Source of the DNA: a virus | Lineage: Duplodnaviria > Heunggongvirae > Uroviricota > Caudoviricetes | Virus record (IMG/VR): IMGVR_UViG_2880372215_000004 | Reading direction: 5' to 3' (one strand) | DNA: 64,000 bases | Shown: in pieces, positions 35,568 to 45,350 of the stretch | Numbering within the stretch: the stretch's first letter is position 1 | Layout: each line of letters opens with the position of its first letter | Program-made: the position numbers and the translations under genes | The notes under the pieces: generated by a model | What the model saw: the letters and a program-made list of their open reading frames with translations, nothing else | Told to the model about the DNA's origin: nothing | Databases searched by the model: none

Positions 35568-36206
35568 ATGTCTGCTTTGTATGAACGCTCACAGCTGACG
35601 CAGGTGATGATTTCATCTGCCCCGGCGACTGCTGAAACTATGGATAAGGCGGAATATCTGCGCCTGGACTGCACCATCAAGGAAGTCCAGTTCACCGCCG
35701 GTCAGAAACAGGATATTGATGTGACCACGCTCTGCTCCACAGAGCAGGAGAACATCAACGGTCTGGGGGCGTCGTCCGAGATTTCCATGTCGGGTAATTT
35801 TTATCTGAATCAGGCCCAGAACGCCCTGCGTGATGCCTATGACAATGACGCGTGTATGCGTTTAAGGTGCAGTTTCCGTCCGGTAAGGGCTTTAAGTTCC
35901 TGGCGGAAGTGCGTCAGCACACCTGGTCATCCGGTACCAACGGCGTGGTGGCTGCAACGTTTCACTTCGCTGAAGGGTAAACCGGTGTCCTATGTGGTAC
36001 CGCTGGCGTTTGTGAAAAATCCGGAGAAGACACTTACCGTGAATACCGGTGCGCTGCTGACAATGTCAGTCAGTGTCAACGGGGGAACGCCGCCTTATAA
36101 ACACGCCTGGAAGAAGGATGGTCAGCCGGTCGAGGGACAGACTACTGACACTTTCAGTAAAGCCAATGCGCAGTCAGGTGATAAGGGGGCTTATACCTGC
36201 AGGTAA
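35568..36206 (+). CDS. Major tail protein with C-terminal Ig-like domain. Appears frame-damaged (see findings)
   Basis: RBS AGGAGG lies before ATG 35568. The Ig-like end is TLTVNTGALLTMSVSVNGGTPPYKHAWKKDGQPVEGQTTDTFSKANAQSGDKGAYTCR*. The remaining Ig strands (VTDSAEQPQSITSDACTVTVNGAGG*) continue in the +1 frame to 36280. Confidence 0.7.
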   Translation: MSALYERSQLTQVMISSAPATAETMDKAEYLRLDCTIKEVQFTAGQKQDIDVTTLCSTEQENINGLGASSEISMSGNFYLNQAQNALRDAYDNDACMRLRCSFRPVRALSSWRKCVSTPGHPVPTAWWLQRFTSLKGKPVSYVVPLAFVKNPEKTLTVNTGALLTMSVSVNGGTPPYKHAWKKDGQPVEGQTTDTFSKANAQSGDKGAYTCR

Positions 36207-36285
36207 CGGATTCTGCAGAACAGCCGCAGAGCATTACCTCTGATGCGTGTACGGTAACGGTTAATGGTGCGGGCGGATAAGGCTT

Positions 36286-36660
36286 ATGGCAAAAGATCTG
36301 AAAACACTGGCGCTGGCCAGACTGTCGGGGTTCCGTCATAAAACGGTGAAGGTGCCGGAATGGAGAAATGTCAGCGTGGTGCTGCGGGAGCCTTCGGCAG
36401 AGGCCTGGTATCTGTGGCAGGAAGTGCTCAATGGTGATGGAGAGGATGACGATACCCTGTCGGTGGTGGCGAAAACCCGCCGTAACCTGGAAGCGGATGT
36501 GACGCTGTTCTGCGATGTCCTGTGTGATACGGATCTGCAGCGGGTGTTCGCTCCGGACGACCGTGAGCAGGTGCTGGCCGTCTATGGTCCGGTACATGCC
36601 CGGTTGCTGCGTCAGGCACTGGAACTGATCGCTGATGCAGAGTCGGCCAGAAAAAAGTAG
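36286..36660 (+). CDS. Tail assembly chaperone G-like, 124 aa
   Basis: Lies between the major tail and tape-measure genes. Ends in the slippery sequence A AAA AAG followed by TAG. Confidence 0.75.
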   Translation: MAKDLKTLALARLSGFRHKTVKVPEWRNVSVVLREPSAEAWYLWQEVLNGDGEDDDTLSVVAKTRRNLEADVTLFCDVLCDTDLQRVFAPDDREQVLAVYGPVHARLLRQALELIADAESARKK

Positions 36661-36965
36661 CCCGCCCGGAAATTCGCTTTCTGATGCGACTTGCGCTCCG
36701 TCTGGGGCGCACCTTATCCGAACTGCGCCACAGCCTGAGTGCGAGCGAGGCGATGATGTGGATGGAGTTCGACAGGGTATCCCCGCTGGGTGATGAGCGC
36801 GGGGATATCCGTAATGCACAGATCGTGAAAGCGGTTTTCGGGGCACAGGGGATGAATGTTGCACTGAAGGACGCCATGCTCTGCTGGGGCGAGGATGAGG
36901 ATAAGCCGGAGGTGGATCCGTTTGCGGCGCTGGAAGACGCGCTGAGCCTTGCAGCAATGTCATAA
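36286..36965 (+). CDS. Tail assembly chaperone GT-like fusion, produced by a programmed -1 frameshift
   Basis: The heptamer A_AAA_AAG at 36651-36657 lies immediately before the stop. The -1 frame reads ...KKVARPEIRFLMRLALRLGRTLSELRH and is open to 36965. Confidence 0.7.
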
Positions 36966-37016
36966 ATAATGATGAAAACCTGCTGTGGCAGGTTTTTTTT
37001 GCCCGGAGAAAGGTGA

Positions 37017-40000
37017 ATGGCGACGTTACGTGAACTGATTATCAAAATTTCGGCAAATTCGCAGTCATTCCAGTCGGAGATCCAGCGGGCGTCCCGTATG
37101 GGCAGTGAATATTACCGGACCCTGCAGAATGGCGGGCGTCAGGCCGCTGCGGCAGCCCGGGATCAGCGACGTGCCCTGGCAGAACTGAACAGCCAGTTGA
37201 CGGAAATTCGCGGTTCTGCTGTCGGAATGGCTGGCGCATTTGCCGGTGCCTTTGCCACCGGACACCTGATTTCACTGGCTGATGAGTGGAGTTCCGTGAA
37301 TGCCCGTCTGAAACAGGCGTCGCAGTCATCTGATGAATTTTCGTCATCACAGAAAGTGCTGATGGATATCAGTCAGCGGACAGGTACCGCTTTTTCGGAT
37401 AATGCGGCCCTGTTTGCCCGCTCGGCAGCCTCAATGCGTGAATATGGTTACAGTGCTGATGATGTGCTGAAGGTGACGGAGGCCATTTCCACGGGGCTGA
37501 AAATCTCCGGTGCCAGTACGGCTGAGGCGGGTTCGGTGATCACCCAGTTCAGCCAGGCGCTGGCACAGGGTGTGTTGCGCGGTGAGGAATTTAATTCGGT
37601 CAATGAAAGTGGTGACCGGATCGTACGTGCACTGGCTGCGGGTATGGGCGTGGCCCGTAAAGATCTGAAGGCGATGGCGGACGATGGTCAACTGACGGCG
37701 GATAAAGTCGTTCCTGCGTTAATCAGCCAGCTGGAGGTATTGCGTGATGAATACGCGGCCATGCCGGAAACGGTCTCTGACGGGATCACAAAGGTGGAAA
37801 ACGCCTTTATGGCCTGGGTGGGTGGTGCGAATGAGGCCAGCGGGGTGACGAAAACGCTCTCCGGCGTGCTGAACGGTGTTGCCGGACAGATTGATAATGT
37901 GGCAACAGCCGTGGGGGCACTGGTTGCCGTCGGGGTTGCCCGGTACTTTGGCAATATGGCCTCCGGAGCGATGTCTGCCACGGCAGGACTTGTGACGGCT
38001 GCACGTAATGAAGTTGCACTGGCGGAAGCACAGTTCAGGGGAACGCAGATTGCCACGGCGCGGGCAAGAGCAGCCGTGTACCGTGCTCAGCAGGCCGTGG
38101 CGGCAGCCCGCGGGACGGAGATGCAGATTGCTGCAGAAGCCCGTCTGGCGGCCACACAGGAACGCCTGAACAGAAATATTGCTGCCAGAAGCGCCGCCCA
38201 GAATGCGCTGAACAGTACAACGGCGGTGGGCTCACGTCTGATGAGCGGTGCGCTGGGGCTGGTTGGTGGCGTACCCGGACTGGTGATGCTGGGGGCTGCA
38301 GCATGGTACACGCTGTACCAGAATCAGGAGCAGGCCAGGGAGTCTGCGCGCCAGTATGCACTGACGATAGATGAAATCGCGCATAAAACGCCGTCAATGT
38401 CTTTGCCTGAAGCCTCAGATAATGAAGGACGAACACGGGCGGCGCTGACAGAGCAGAACCGGCTGATTGATGAACAGGCCAGTCGGGTGAAATCCCTGCA
38501 GGAAAAAGCGCAGTCCATTCAGGATGTGCTTGCCGGGCTGGAAGACCGTCGTGTGGCGTTAATTCGTCAGCAGGCGGCAGAGCAGAATAAGGTGTACCAG
38601 TCCATGCTGGTTATGAACGGTCAGCATACGGAATTCAACCGTCTGCTGGGGCTGGGTAATGAACTGCTTCAGCAGCGGCAGGGACTGGTGAATGTGCCGT
38701 TACGGCTGCCACAGGCCACTCTGGATGATAAACAGCAGAGTGCCCTGACAAAAACAGAGCGTGAGCTGGCCCTGTCCAGACTGAAAGGGGAAGAAAAAGA
38801 GCGTGCCCGGCTGGGGTATGCGGCGGATGACCTTGGTTTTGTGGGGGATTCGTATCAGGAGGCGAGACAGCGTTATATCAGTAATGCTCTGGAAGCCTGG
38901 CGTAATAACGAGGCGAACAAACCTAAATCCCGGGGTGGAAAATCAGAGACGGAAAAAGCGGAAGACAGTTTTTCCCGGCTGCTGAAGCAGCAGAAGGCGC
39001 AACTGGCACTGGCCGGTCAGAATACAGAGCTGGCGAAGCTGAAGTACCAGACTGCGCAGGGCGAACTGAAAACCCTGACGGAGATACAGAAGCAGGAGCT
39101 GCTGCGCAATGCGGCCCTGATTGACCAGCAAAAAATCCGGGAACAGTTGCGATCCCGGGAAGAGACACTGAAGAATGAGAATGCGGCTGCGCGTGCGTCG
39201 AATGATGCTGAACTGCTGGGGTACGGGCAGGGGGAGCGAGCCAGAGAACGCATGCGGGAGTTGCAGCAGATCCGCGACAGCTTCCGCCAGAAGGATGCGG
39301 ACCTTCAGTCTCAGTATCAGACCGGGGATATCAGTGAGGATTTTTACAGACAGGCTCTGGCACAGAACGCGCAGTATCTGAGTGAACGCCTTAAAGACCA
39401 GGAAACTTTTTATGCCGAATCGGATGCGCAGCGTGCGGACTGGCAGAAAGGGCTGCAGGAGGGATTCAGTAACTGGGTGGATAATGCGTCCGATTACGCC
39501 TCACAGGCAGCACAGCTTGCGACGGAGGGTATCTCAGGGATGGTGAATAACATCACGGAGATGCTGAACGGAAATAAAGTGGAATGGCGCAGCTGGGCCT
39601 CATCAGTGCTGCAGGAAATATCAAAAGTTCTTATGAATGCCGCGATTGTCAACGGAATTAAGACGGCGGCAAACGGTATGTCCGGTGCGGGAGGATTTCT
39701 CGGCAGCATTGGTGACTGGCTGGGCGGAGCGGTGGCCAATGCAAAAGGCGGCGTGTATACCTCGGCAAACCTGAGCGCGTACAGCAACAGCATTGTGGAC
39801 ACGCCCACGTACTTTGCGTTTGCAAAAGGGGCCGGGCTGATGGGGGAAGCCGGACCTGAAGCTATTATGCCCCTGACCCGGGCGGCGGATGGCTCGCTGG
39901 GCGTACGCGCCGTGGGCAGTATGAACGGCAGTGCGGGTCTGGTGTATTCCCCGGTCTACCACATCGCCATTCAGAATGACGGGGCTAACGGACAGATAGG

Positions 40001-40097
40001 GCCGGAGGCGGCAGGCAGTCTTGTGCAGCTGATTGACCAGCGGGTGCAGGCGGTGATGCTGTCCATGCGACGTGACGGAGGAATGCTGAGTGGCTGA
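37017..40097 (+). CDS. Tail tape measure protein, 1026 aa
   Basis: Size, position and a coiled-coil-rich, Ala/Gln-rich sequence with a TMP N-terminal domain (VITQFSQALAQGVLRGEEFNSVNESGDRIVRALA). Confidence 0.9.
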   Translation: MATLRELIIKISANSQSFQSEIQRASRMGSEYYRTLQNGGRQAAAAARDQRRALAELNSQLTEIRGSAVGMAGAFAGAFATGHLISLADEWSSVNARLKQASQSSDEFSSSQKVLMDISQRTGTAFSDNAALFARSAASMREYGYSADDVLKVTEAISTGLKISGASTAEAGSVITQFSQALAQGVLRGEEFNSVNESGDRIVRALAAGMGVARKDLKAMADDGQLTADKVVPALISQLEVLRDEYAAMPETVSDGITKVENAFMAWVGGANEASGVTKTLSGVLNGVAGQIDNVATAVGALVAVGVARYFGNMASGAMSATAGLVTAARNEVALAEAQFRGTQIATARARAAVYRAQQAVAAARGTEMQIAAEARLAATQERLNRNIAARSAAQNALNSTTAVGSRLMSGALGLVGGVPGLVMLGAAAWYTLYQNQEQARESARQYALTIDEIAHKTPSMSLPEASDNEGRTRAALTEQNRLIDEQASRVKSLQEKAQSIQDVLAGLEDRRVALIRQQAAEQNKVYQSMLVMNGQHTEFNRLLGLGNELLQQRQGLVNVPLRLPQATLDDKQQSALTKTERELALSRLKGEEKERARLGYAADDLGFVGDSYQEARQRYISNALEAWRNNEANKPKSRGGKSETEKAEDSFSRLLKQQKAQLALAGQNTELAKLKYQTAQGELKTLTEIQKQELLRNAALIDQQKIREQLRSREETLKNENAAARASNDAELLGYGQGERARERMRELQQIRDSFRQKDADLQSQYQTGDISEDFYRQALAQNAQYLSERLKDQETFYAESDAQRADWQKGLQEGFSNWVDNASDYASQAAQLATEGISGMVNNITEMLNGNKVEWRSWASSVLQEISKVLMNAAIVNGIKTAANGMSGAGGFLGSIGDWLGGAVANAKGGVYTSANLSAYSNSIVDTPTYFAFAKGAGLMGEAGPEAIMPLTRAADGSLGVRAVGSMNGSAGLVYSPVYHIAIQNDGANGQIGPEAAGSLVQLIDQRVQAVMLSMRRDGGMLSG

Positions 40098-40431
40098 GAT
40101 AAAAACGCTGCATCTGGTCCCGCGTGAAGGGATGCAGGTGAGTGAGAAGCCGTCGGTGGTGAGGGTGCGGTTTGGTGACGGTTATGAACAGCGCCGCCCC
40201 ACAGGGCTGAATCCTCAACTGAAGACGTTTCAGGCGGTGTTCCGGGTGACGGATGAGTCAACCCGGCGCTGGCTGGATGAATTTTTATCCTGGCATGGTG
40301 GTTACCGTGCCTTTTTGTGGCGACCGCCGAAACATAACCGGACGGTGAGGGTTGTGTGCCGGGAGTGGAGCGTCACGGATAACGCCCGGTACAGTGATTT
40401 CAGTTGCACGATTGAGCAGGTGGTGAACTGA
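40090..40431 (+). CDS. Minor tail protein M (lambda gpM-like), 113 aa
   Basis: Position after the TMP. Size identical to the gpM class. VRFGDGYEQRRPTGLNPQLKTFQAVF. Confidence 0.8.
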   Translation: MAEIKTLHLVPREGMQVSEKPSVVRVRFGDGYEQRRPTGLNPQLKTFQAVFRVTDESTRRWLDEFLSWHGGYRAFLWRPPKHNRTVRVVCREWSVTDNARYSDFSCTIEQVVN

Positions 40432-40868
40432 TGCAGGACATTCATGAAGAAAGTCTGAACGAGTCGGTTAAATCAGAGCAGTCACCGCGGGTGGTGCTCT
40501 GGGAAATTGACCTGACGGTGCAGGGCGGTGAGCGGTATTTTTTCTGTAATGAGCTGAATGAAAAAGGGGAGGCGGTCACCTGGCAGGGGCGGGAATATCA
40601 GGCATACCCGATTGACGGCAGCGGTTTTGAGATGAACGGGAAGGGCAGCAGTGCCCGCCCGTCACTGACGGTGTCCAATCTGTTCGGTCTGGTCACCGGA
40701 ATGGCGGAGGACCTGCAGAGCCTGGTGGGGGCCACGGTGGTCCGCCGCCGGGTGTATGCCCGTTTTCTGGATGCGGTGAATTTTGTGGCGGGCGGTCGTG
40801 GTTATCGGGCGGCAGAGGTAAAAAGAATAAAAAAATCCCGCAGAGTTGCGGGGACAGACAAAGATTAA
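40431..40868 (+). pseudogene. Minor tail protein L (lambda gpL-like), 3'-truncated
   Basis: The first ~119 aa are collinear with lambda gpL from memory (MQDI..ESLNE...VVLWEIDLT..GGERYFFCNE.NEKGE.VTWQGR.YQ.YPI.GSGFE.NGKG...RP.LTVSNL.G.VTGMAED.QSLVG.TVVRR.VYARFLDAVNFV). They are then replaced by an unrelated tail, AGGRGYRAAEVKRIKKSRRVAGTDKD*. Lambda gpL is 232 aa. Confidence 0.8.
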
Positions 40869-40990
40869 CGTTAAGGAGTTATTTTTGTTTCTGGTGCTCG
40901 GGCAAAAAAACATTAACGCAGAGAAATTATTAGCACCACAGTCAGTTTGTGAAAATGTGAAGATATTCAGAAGTTTTATTCAGTCATGAT

Positions 40991-41021
40991 ACAGGCATCC
41001 TCCGGGATGCCTGTTGTTTTT
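40991..41021 (+). terminator. Strong rho-independent terminator-like hairpin immediately upstream of J
   Basis: ACAGGCATCC-TCCG-GGATGCCTGT followed by TGTTTTT. Confidence 0.6.
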
Positions 41022-41055
41022 GTGCGTAACAGTTATCACAGTAAAGGGTGAGACA

Positions 41056-44000
41056 ATGGGCAAAGGTGGCGGCAAGGCGCACACGCCGGTAGAGGCAAAG
41101 GACAATCTTAAGTCCACGCAGATGATGAGCGTGATTGATGCCATTGGTGAAGGGCCGATTGAAGGTCCGGTGAAGGGGCTGCAGAGTATCCTGGTGAACA
41201 AAACCCCGCTGACGGACACGGACGGTAATCCTGTGATACATGGTGTGACAGCGGTCTGGCGCGCCGGGGAGCAGGAGCAGACACCACCTGAAGGCTTTGA
41301 GTCCTCCGGGGCGGAAACCGCACTGGGCGTGGAAGTGACGAAGGCAAAGCCGGTGACGCGCACCATTACGTCCGCGAACATTGACCGCCTGCGGGTCACC
41401 TTCGGGGTGCAGTCACTGTTGGAGACCACCTCAAAGGGCGACCGTAATCACTCTTCTGTCCGACTGCTGATTCAGTTGCAGCGTAACGGTAACTGGGTGA
41501 CGGAAAAGGATGTCACCATTAACGGCAAGACCACCTCGCAGTTCCTGGCGTCGGTGATTCTGGATAATCTGCCGCCCCGGCCCTTTAACATCCGGATGGT
41601 CAGGGAGACGGCGGACAGCACCACGGACCAGCTGCAGAACAGAACGCTGTGGTCGTCATACACCGAAATCATCGATGTGAAACAGTGCTACCCGAACACG
41701 GCCATTGTGGGGCTGCAGGTGGATGCGGAGCAGTTTGGCGGTCAGCAGATGACGGTGAACTACCATATCCGCGGTCGCATCATCCAGGTGCCGTCAAACT
41801 ATGACCCGGAAAAACGCACGTACAGCGGCATCTGGGACGGCAGCCTGAAACCGGCATACAGCAACAACCCGGCCTGGTGCCTGTGGGACATGCTGACTCA
41901 CCCGCGCTACGGCATGGGAAAACGCCTGGGGGCGGCGGATGTGGACAAGTGGGCGCTGTATGCCATTGCGCAGTACTGCGACCAGACGGTCCCGGATGGT
42001 TTCGGGGGCACAGAGCCGCGGATGACTTTCAATGCGTACCTGTCACAACAGCGTAAGGCGTGGGACGTTCTCAGTGATTTCTGCTCGGCGATGCGCTGTA
42101 TGCCGGTATGGAACGGGCAGACGCTGACGTTTGTGCAGGACCGTCCGTCAGATGTGGTGTGGCCCTACACCAGCAGTGATGTGGTGGTGGATGATAACGG
42201 CGTGGGGTTTCGCTACAGCTTCAGCGCCCTGAAGGACCGCCACACGGCGGTGGAGGTGAATTACACCGACCCGCAGAACGGCTGGCAGACCTCCACGGAA
42301 CTGGTGGAAGACCCGGAAGCCATACTGCGCTACGGACGCAACCTGCTGAAGATGGATGCGTTCGGCTGCACCAGTCGCGGTCAGGCCCACCGTGCCGGGC
42401 TGTGGGTGATAAAGACCGGACTGCTGGAAACGCAGACGGTGGATTTCACGCTCGGGTCACAGGGGCTGCGTCACACACCCGGTGACATTATTGAAATCTG
42501 TGATAACGACTATGCCGGGACCATGACCGGCGGACGTATCCTGTCCATCGATGCCGCCAGCCGCACCCTGACACTGGACCGTGAGGTGACCCTGCCGGAG
42601 ACCGGTGCCGCCACGGTGAACCTGATTAACGGCAGCGGTAAGCCGGTGAGCGTGGCCATCACTGCACACCCCGCGCCGGACCGGATACAGGTCAGCACCC
42701 TGCCGGATGGCGTGGAGACATACGGTGTGTGGGGGCTCTCCCTGCCGTCACTGCGCCGTCGCCTGTTCCGCTGTGTCTCCGTCCGGGAAAACACGGACGG
42801 CACCTTTGCCATCACGGCGGTGCAGCACGTACCGGAAAAAGAAGCCATCGTGGATAACGGTGCCCGCTTTGAGCCGCAGTCAGGCACCCTGAACAGCGTC
42901 ATCCCTCCGGCAGTGCAGCACCTGACGGTGGAGGTGAGCGCAGCTGACGGTCAGTATCTGGCGCAGGCGAAATGGGACACGCCGAAGGTGGTGAAGGGCG
43001 TGAGCTTTATGCTTCGCCTGACCGTGGCCGCGGATGACGGCAGTGAGCGGCTGGTCAGCACGGCCCGGACGACGGAAACCACATACCGCTTCACGCAACT
43101 GGCGCCGGGGAACTACAGGCTGACAGTCCGGGCGGTAAATGCGTGGGGGCAGCAGGGCGATCCGGCGTCGGTATCGTTCCGGATTGCCGCACCGGCAGCG
43201 CCGTCACAGATTGAGCTGACACCGGGCTATTTTCAGATAACAGCGGTCCCGCGTCTTGCGGTGTATGACCCGACGGTACAGTTTGAGTTCTGGTTTTCGG
43301 AAACGCGGATTACCGATATCAGGCAGGTTGAAACCACAGCCCGCTACCTTGGCACGGGGCTGTACTGGATAGCCGCCAGTATCAATATCAAACCGGGCCA
43401 TGATTATTACTTTTATATCCGCAGTGTGAACACCGTTGGCAAATCGGCATTTGTGGAGGCTGTTGGCCAGCCGAGTGATGATGCATCCGGCTATCTGGAT
43501 TTTTTCAAAGGAGAGATAGGGAAAACCCATCTGGCTCAGGAGTTGTGGACTCAGATTGATAACGGTCAGCTTGCGCCTGACCTGGCGGAAATCAGAACGT
43601 CCATCACGGATGTCAGTAATGAAATCACGCAGACCGTCAATAAGAAACTGGAAGACCAGAGTGCAGCGATCCAGCAGATACAGAAGGTTCAGGTTGATAC
43701 AAATAATAACCTGAACAGCATGTGGGCAGTGAAGCTGCAGCAGATGCAGGACGGACGCCTTTATATTGCGGGTATCGGTGCCGGTATTGAGAACACCTCT
43801 GACGGCATGCAGAGTCAGGTGCTGCTGGCGGCAGACAGGATTGCGATGATTAATCCTGCGAATGGCAACACAAAGCCGATGTTTGTTGGTCAGGGCGATC
43901 AGATATTCATGAATGAAGTGTTCCTGAAATATCTGACGGCTCCCACCATTACCAGCGGCGGTAATCCTCCGGCATTTTCCCTGACACCGGACGGGCGGCT

Positions 44001-44532
44001 GACGGCGAAAAATGCCGATATCAGCGGTAACGTGAATGCGAACTCCGGGACGCTCAACAACGTCACGATTAACGAGAACTGTCGGGTTCTGGGAAAATTG
44101 TCCGCGAACCAGATTGAAGGCGATCTCGTTAAAACAGTGGGCAAAGCTTTCCCCCGGGACTCCCGTGCACCGGAGCGGTGGCCATCAGGAACCATTACCG
44201 TCAGGGTTTATGACGATCAGCCGTTTGACCGGCAGATTGTTATTCCGGCGGTGGCATTCAGCGGCGCTAAACATGAGAAAGAGCATACTGATATTTACTC
44301 CTCATGCCGTCTGATAGTGCGGAAAAACGGTGCTGAAATTTATAACCGTACCGCGCTGGATAATACGCTGATTTACAGTGGTGTTATTGATATGCCTGCC
44401 GGTCACGGTCACATGACACTGGAGTTTTCGGTGTCAGCATGGCTGGTAAATAACTGGTATCCCACAGCAAGTATCAGCGATTTGCTGGTTGTGGTGATGA
44501 AGAAAGCCACTGCAGGCATCACGATTAGCTGA
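41056..44532 (+). CDS. J: Host-specificity / central tail fibre protein J, 1158 aa
   Basis: [39 protein letters not shown]... is collinear with lambda J from memory along its length, including [24 protein letters not shown] and [31 protein letters not shown]. Confidence 0.95.
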   Translation: MGKGGGKAHTPVEAKDNLKSTQMMSVIDAIGEGPIEGPVKGLQSILVNKTPLTDTDGNPVIHGVTAVWRAGEQEQTPPEGFESSGAETALGVEVTKAKPVTRTITSANIDRLRVTFGVQSLLETTSKGDRNHSSVRLLIQLQRNGNWVTEKDVTINGKTTSQFLASVILDNLPPRPFNIRMVRETADSTTDQLQNRTLWSSYTEIIDVKQCYPNTAIVGLQVDAEQFGGQQMTVNYHIRGRIIQVPSNYDPEKRTYSGIWDGSLKPAYSNNPAWCLWDMLTHPRYGMGKRLGAADVDKWALYAIAQYCDQTVPDGFGGTEPRMTFNAYLSQQRKAWDVLSDFCSAMRCMPVWNGQTLTFVQDRPSDVVWPYTSSDVVVDDNGVGFRYSFSALKDRHTAVEVNYTDPQNGWQTSTELVEDPEAILRYGRNLLKMDAFGCTSRGQAHRAGLWVIKTGLLETQTVDFTLGSQGLRHTPGDIIEICDNDYAGTMTGGRILSIDAASRTLTLDREVTLPETGAATVNLINGSGKPVSVAITAHPAPDRIQVSTLPDGVETYGVWGLSLPSLRRRLFRCVSVRENTDGTFAITAVQHVPEKEAIVDNGARFEPQSGTLNSVIPPAVQHLTVEVSAADGQYLAQAKWDTPKVVKGVSFMLRLTVAADDGSERLVSTARTTETTYRFTQLAPGNYRLTVRAVNAWGQQGDPASVSFRIAAPAAPSQIELTPGYFQITAVPRLAVYDPTVQFEFWFSETRITDIRQVETTARYLGTGLYWIAASINIKPGHDYYFYIRSVNTVGKSAFVEAVGQPSDDASGYLDFFKGEIGKTHLAQELWTQIDNGQLAPDLAEIRTSITDVSNEITQTVNKKLEDQSAAIQQIQKVQVDTNNNLNSMWAVKLQQMQDGRLYIAGIGAGIENTSDGMQSQVLLAADRIAMINPANGNTKPMFVGQGDQIFMNEVFLKYLTAPTITSGGNPPAFSLTPDGRLTAKNADISGNVNANSGTLNNVTINENCRVLGKLSANQIEGDLVKTVGKAFPRDSRAPERWPSGTITVRVYDDQPFDRQIVIPAVAFSGAKHEKEHTDIYSSCRLIVRKNGAEIYNRTALDNTLIYSGVIDMPAGHGHMTLEFSVSAWLVNNWYPTASISDLLVVVMKKATAGITIS

Positions 44533-44599
44533 ATTTTATAACCCAGATACGGGCGCCAGAAATGGCGCCTTTTTTATTGCAGAAAAGCGAGAGGTAATT

Positions 44600-45199
44600 A
44601 TGCGTAAATTATGTGCTGTTATTTTGTCCGCAGTAGTCTGGCAGGTCGCCGCTGCTACGCCAGCGAGTGCAGCAGAACATCAGTCCACGCTGAGCGCGGG
44701 GTATCTCCATGCCTCGACGAACGTTCCCGGTAGTGATGATCTGAACGGGATTAACGTGAAATACCGTTATGAGTTTATGGACGCGCTGGGGCTGATTACG
44801 TCCTTCAGTTATGCCAATGCTGAGGATGAGCAAAAAACGCGCTACAGCGATACCCGCTGGCATGAAGATTCCGTGCGTAACCGCTGGTTCAGCGTGATGG
44901 CGGGGCCGTCTGTACGCGTGAATGAATGGTTCAGCGCGTATGCGATGGCGGGTGTGGCTTACAGCCGTGTGTCGACTTTCTACGGGGATTATCTCCGCGT
45001 AACTGACAACAAGGGGAAAACGCACGATGTGCTGACCGGAAGTGATGACGGTCGCCACAGCAACACGTCTCTGGCGTGGGGGGCTGGCGTGCAGTTTAAC
45101 CCGACCGAATCCGTGACCATTGACCTTGCTTATGAAGGTTCCGGTAGTGGCGACTGGCGATCGGATGCATTTATTGTTGGTATCGGATACCGTTTCTGA
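44600..45199 (+). CDS. lom: Outer-membrane protein Lom (Ail/Lom family), 199 aa
   Basis: Signal peptide, then the beta-barrel pattern STLSAGYLHASTNVPGSDDLNGINVKYRYEF...FIVGIGYRF. Position after J as in lambda. Confidence 0.9.
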   Translation: MRKLCAVILSAVVWQVAAATPASAAEHQSTLSAGYLHASTNVPGSDDLNGINVKYRYEFMDALGLITSFSYANAEDEQKTRYSDTRWHEDSVRNRWFSVMAGPSVRVNEWFSAYAMAGVAYSRVSTFYGDYLRVTDNKGKTHDVLTGSDDGRHSNTSLAWGAGVQFNPTESVTIDLAYEGSGSGDWRSDAFIVGIGYRF

Positions 45200-45350
45200 C
45201 AACAGACGCCGATTTATCTTCTGTAAATATTGTTATGATACGCAGGTTCATCCACCTTATGGGGTGAACTGCGTTTGAGGAAACGTAAAGTTACACTGTC
45301 CTGAAGCCCGTGGCGTCACTGCTGCGGGCTTTTTTTATTGGTGGAAAAGT

